Source: Laetmonice hystrix (Eukaryota). Taken from it: 64,000 nt of DNA. The notes under the pieces are model-generated. The model was not told where the DNA came from. It worked only from the letters and a program-made list of their open reading frames with translations, and made no database searches. The number at the start of each line of letters is the position of its first letter. Position 1 is the first letter of the stretch. Location of the stretch: assembly GCA_965235115.1 (NCBI GenBank), contig OZ249436.1, positions 19,158,001 through 19,222,000 of the forward strand, written 5' to 3'. Made by a program: the position numbers and the translations under genes. Below are positions 62,690 through 64,000 of this stretch, piece by piece.

Positions 62690-63866
62690 CTGTTTCAACA
62701 AGGCCGGGCGGGCAGGATATCATTGGTTTTGTTCGGCAATATCCACCGCTTCACCCACGAGGTGGCGCTGTTAGCGGGGACCGGTTTCAGAGACGGTCTG
62801 TGGAGACTGGCTGCTAGCCCCTGGCTCCCGTTGAGACCACCCCTGGCCGGAGAACTCGGACCACTTGACCAGACTCCCCCTGACCCGCCGGGAGAGGGCG
62901 CTCCGACCACCTGCCGCCGTCGTGCGACCGGAGCGCCCCCTTCAGGGCTAACCAGAACGAGGTTGTTCAATATCACGTCATAGAAACGGCGATTGGCGTT
63001 TTTACGTCGCTACAGCGGCCATGGTATTATTCTGACAGGACGGGGGTCTGAACTATAAGATGGGATCACTGTGGGCCTGACGCAGAGGCTCAACTCCTAA
63101 CATCCTCCTGGTCTGTCAATTAAACTGAATTCTTATTAAGAAACATGAGTGTTTCTACATGAATAGAATCTAAATCATTTAGATCACTGCATTAGCCAGG
63201 TTATAATATATCCCCTGGCCCACAGACACAAACCGTGAAGACTGTGGGCAATTTTACATCCTGTGTAGGCCTGTATGCCTTCTCTGAGGCTCCCTCCTAC
63301 CCATATAAACCGACACTCCCACTGGCCTGGAGAACAGACCCTAAGTATCGTACAGTGGGTCAAGAACCAGAAGACGTTTCCGCAGCCACCCTACCAATAT
63401 TCATGAAGGTCAGTCAAAAACCGCTGTAGCCCTTTATGTGTTTTTTCTCTCCATTTTCGCTCATCAATTCGTTGACTGACATACCCCCACCCACCCGGAC
63501 CGTAGAGATTAGGGCCGTGTGTACGGTGGTACCGTACATTATTACATACGTGTTCACTAGCCTTGAGACCAGGCCGACCTCCCACAGCCTAGGATCAAAG
63601 GGCACCACCCCGCCACCACTCTATATTATATTAAAGTAGTTCCTAGGCTATATATAACCACATTGTGATGGGAATACGCACCCCCCGCCAACAACAAACA
63701 GTCCCTAGCCAATGGTAGCTCAGTATTGCCATCAGCGCGGGTCTGCAGTACGGTGACCATGGTATCGGTGATGCATGCTGGTTAAAAAATATACATATAA
63801 ACACATGTCAGTGTGCCAGCGGTCTCCTACACCATGTGTGTGTGTGGAGGGGGGCGGGGGGGGGGG

Positions 63867-64000
63867 GTTACACGTGCCATTCTGACGATTACCAGTCTAA
63901 GATTGTAGGGAGGGGGGTAGAGTTACACGTGCCATTCTGACGATTACCAGTCTGAGATTGGGGGTAGAGTTACACGTGCCATTCTGACGATTACCAGTCT
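63867..64000. repeat. start of a tandem repeat (GTTACACGTGCCATTCTGACGATTACCAGTCT x3), cut by the window edge
   Basis: Three copies with variable G-rich linkers. Confidence 0.88.

Noticed and set aside
20141-62720. Plausible reading frames interrupted by single TGA codons (~20215, ~49510, ~62720), suggesting selenocysteine or recoding
   Set aside because: Each can be explained by an acceptor or ATG downstream of the stop. No SECIS was recognised, and TGA is a common chance stop.
1-64000. rRNA, tRNA or other structured RNA genes
   Set aside because: No recognisable conserved motifs by eye; tRNAscan-SE and Rfam were not run.

Overview
Eukaryotic nuclear DNA, probably from a bilaterian invertebrate (inferred from GT-AG exon structure, CTCF-like motifs and TTAA-flanked and Harbinger-type non-autonomous transposons). 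It is not prokaryotic. By hand count about one third of the window (~21 kb) is a mosaic of ~30 unrelated tandem-repeat arrays (units 10-86 bp), and almost all long ORFs in the supplied track are translations of these arrays. Between the arrays I can thread a phase-compatible chain of short minus-strand exons from ~47.3 kb to ~7.0 kb. It would encode an unidentified protein with an N-terminal signal-peptide-like segment and a C-terminal hydrophobic segment, and the model is not unique. A CpG/CRE-rich element at ~47.4-47.5 kb looks like a bidirectional promoter. Mobile DNA includes two inverted copies of a Kolobok-type element, a Harbinger-like MITE, a hAT-like MITE and a nested inverted-repeat element. 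The most unusual signals are an exon starting with GTAAGT (recursive-splicing-like), minisatellites whose units carry splice signals, one 61-bp repeat seeded at two sites, and a 45-bp array that stays open for ~870 codons apart from one frameshift. No rRNA, tRNA or CRISPR array was recognised. All exon calls are manual and lack transcript or database support.
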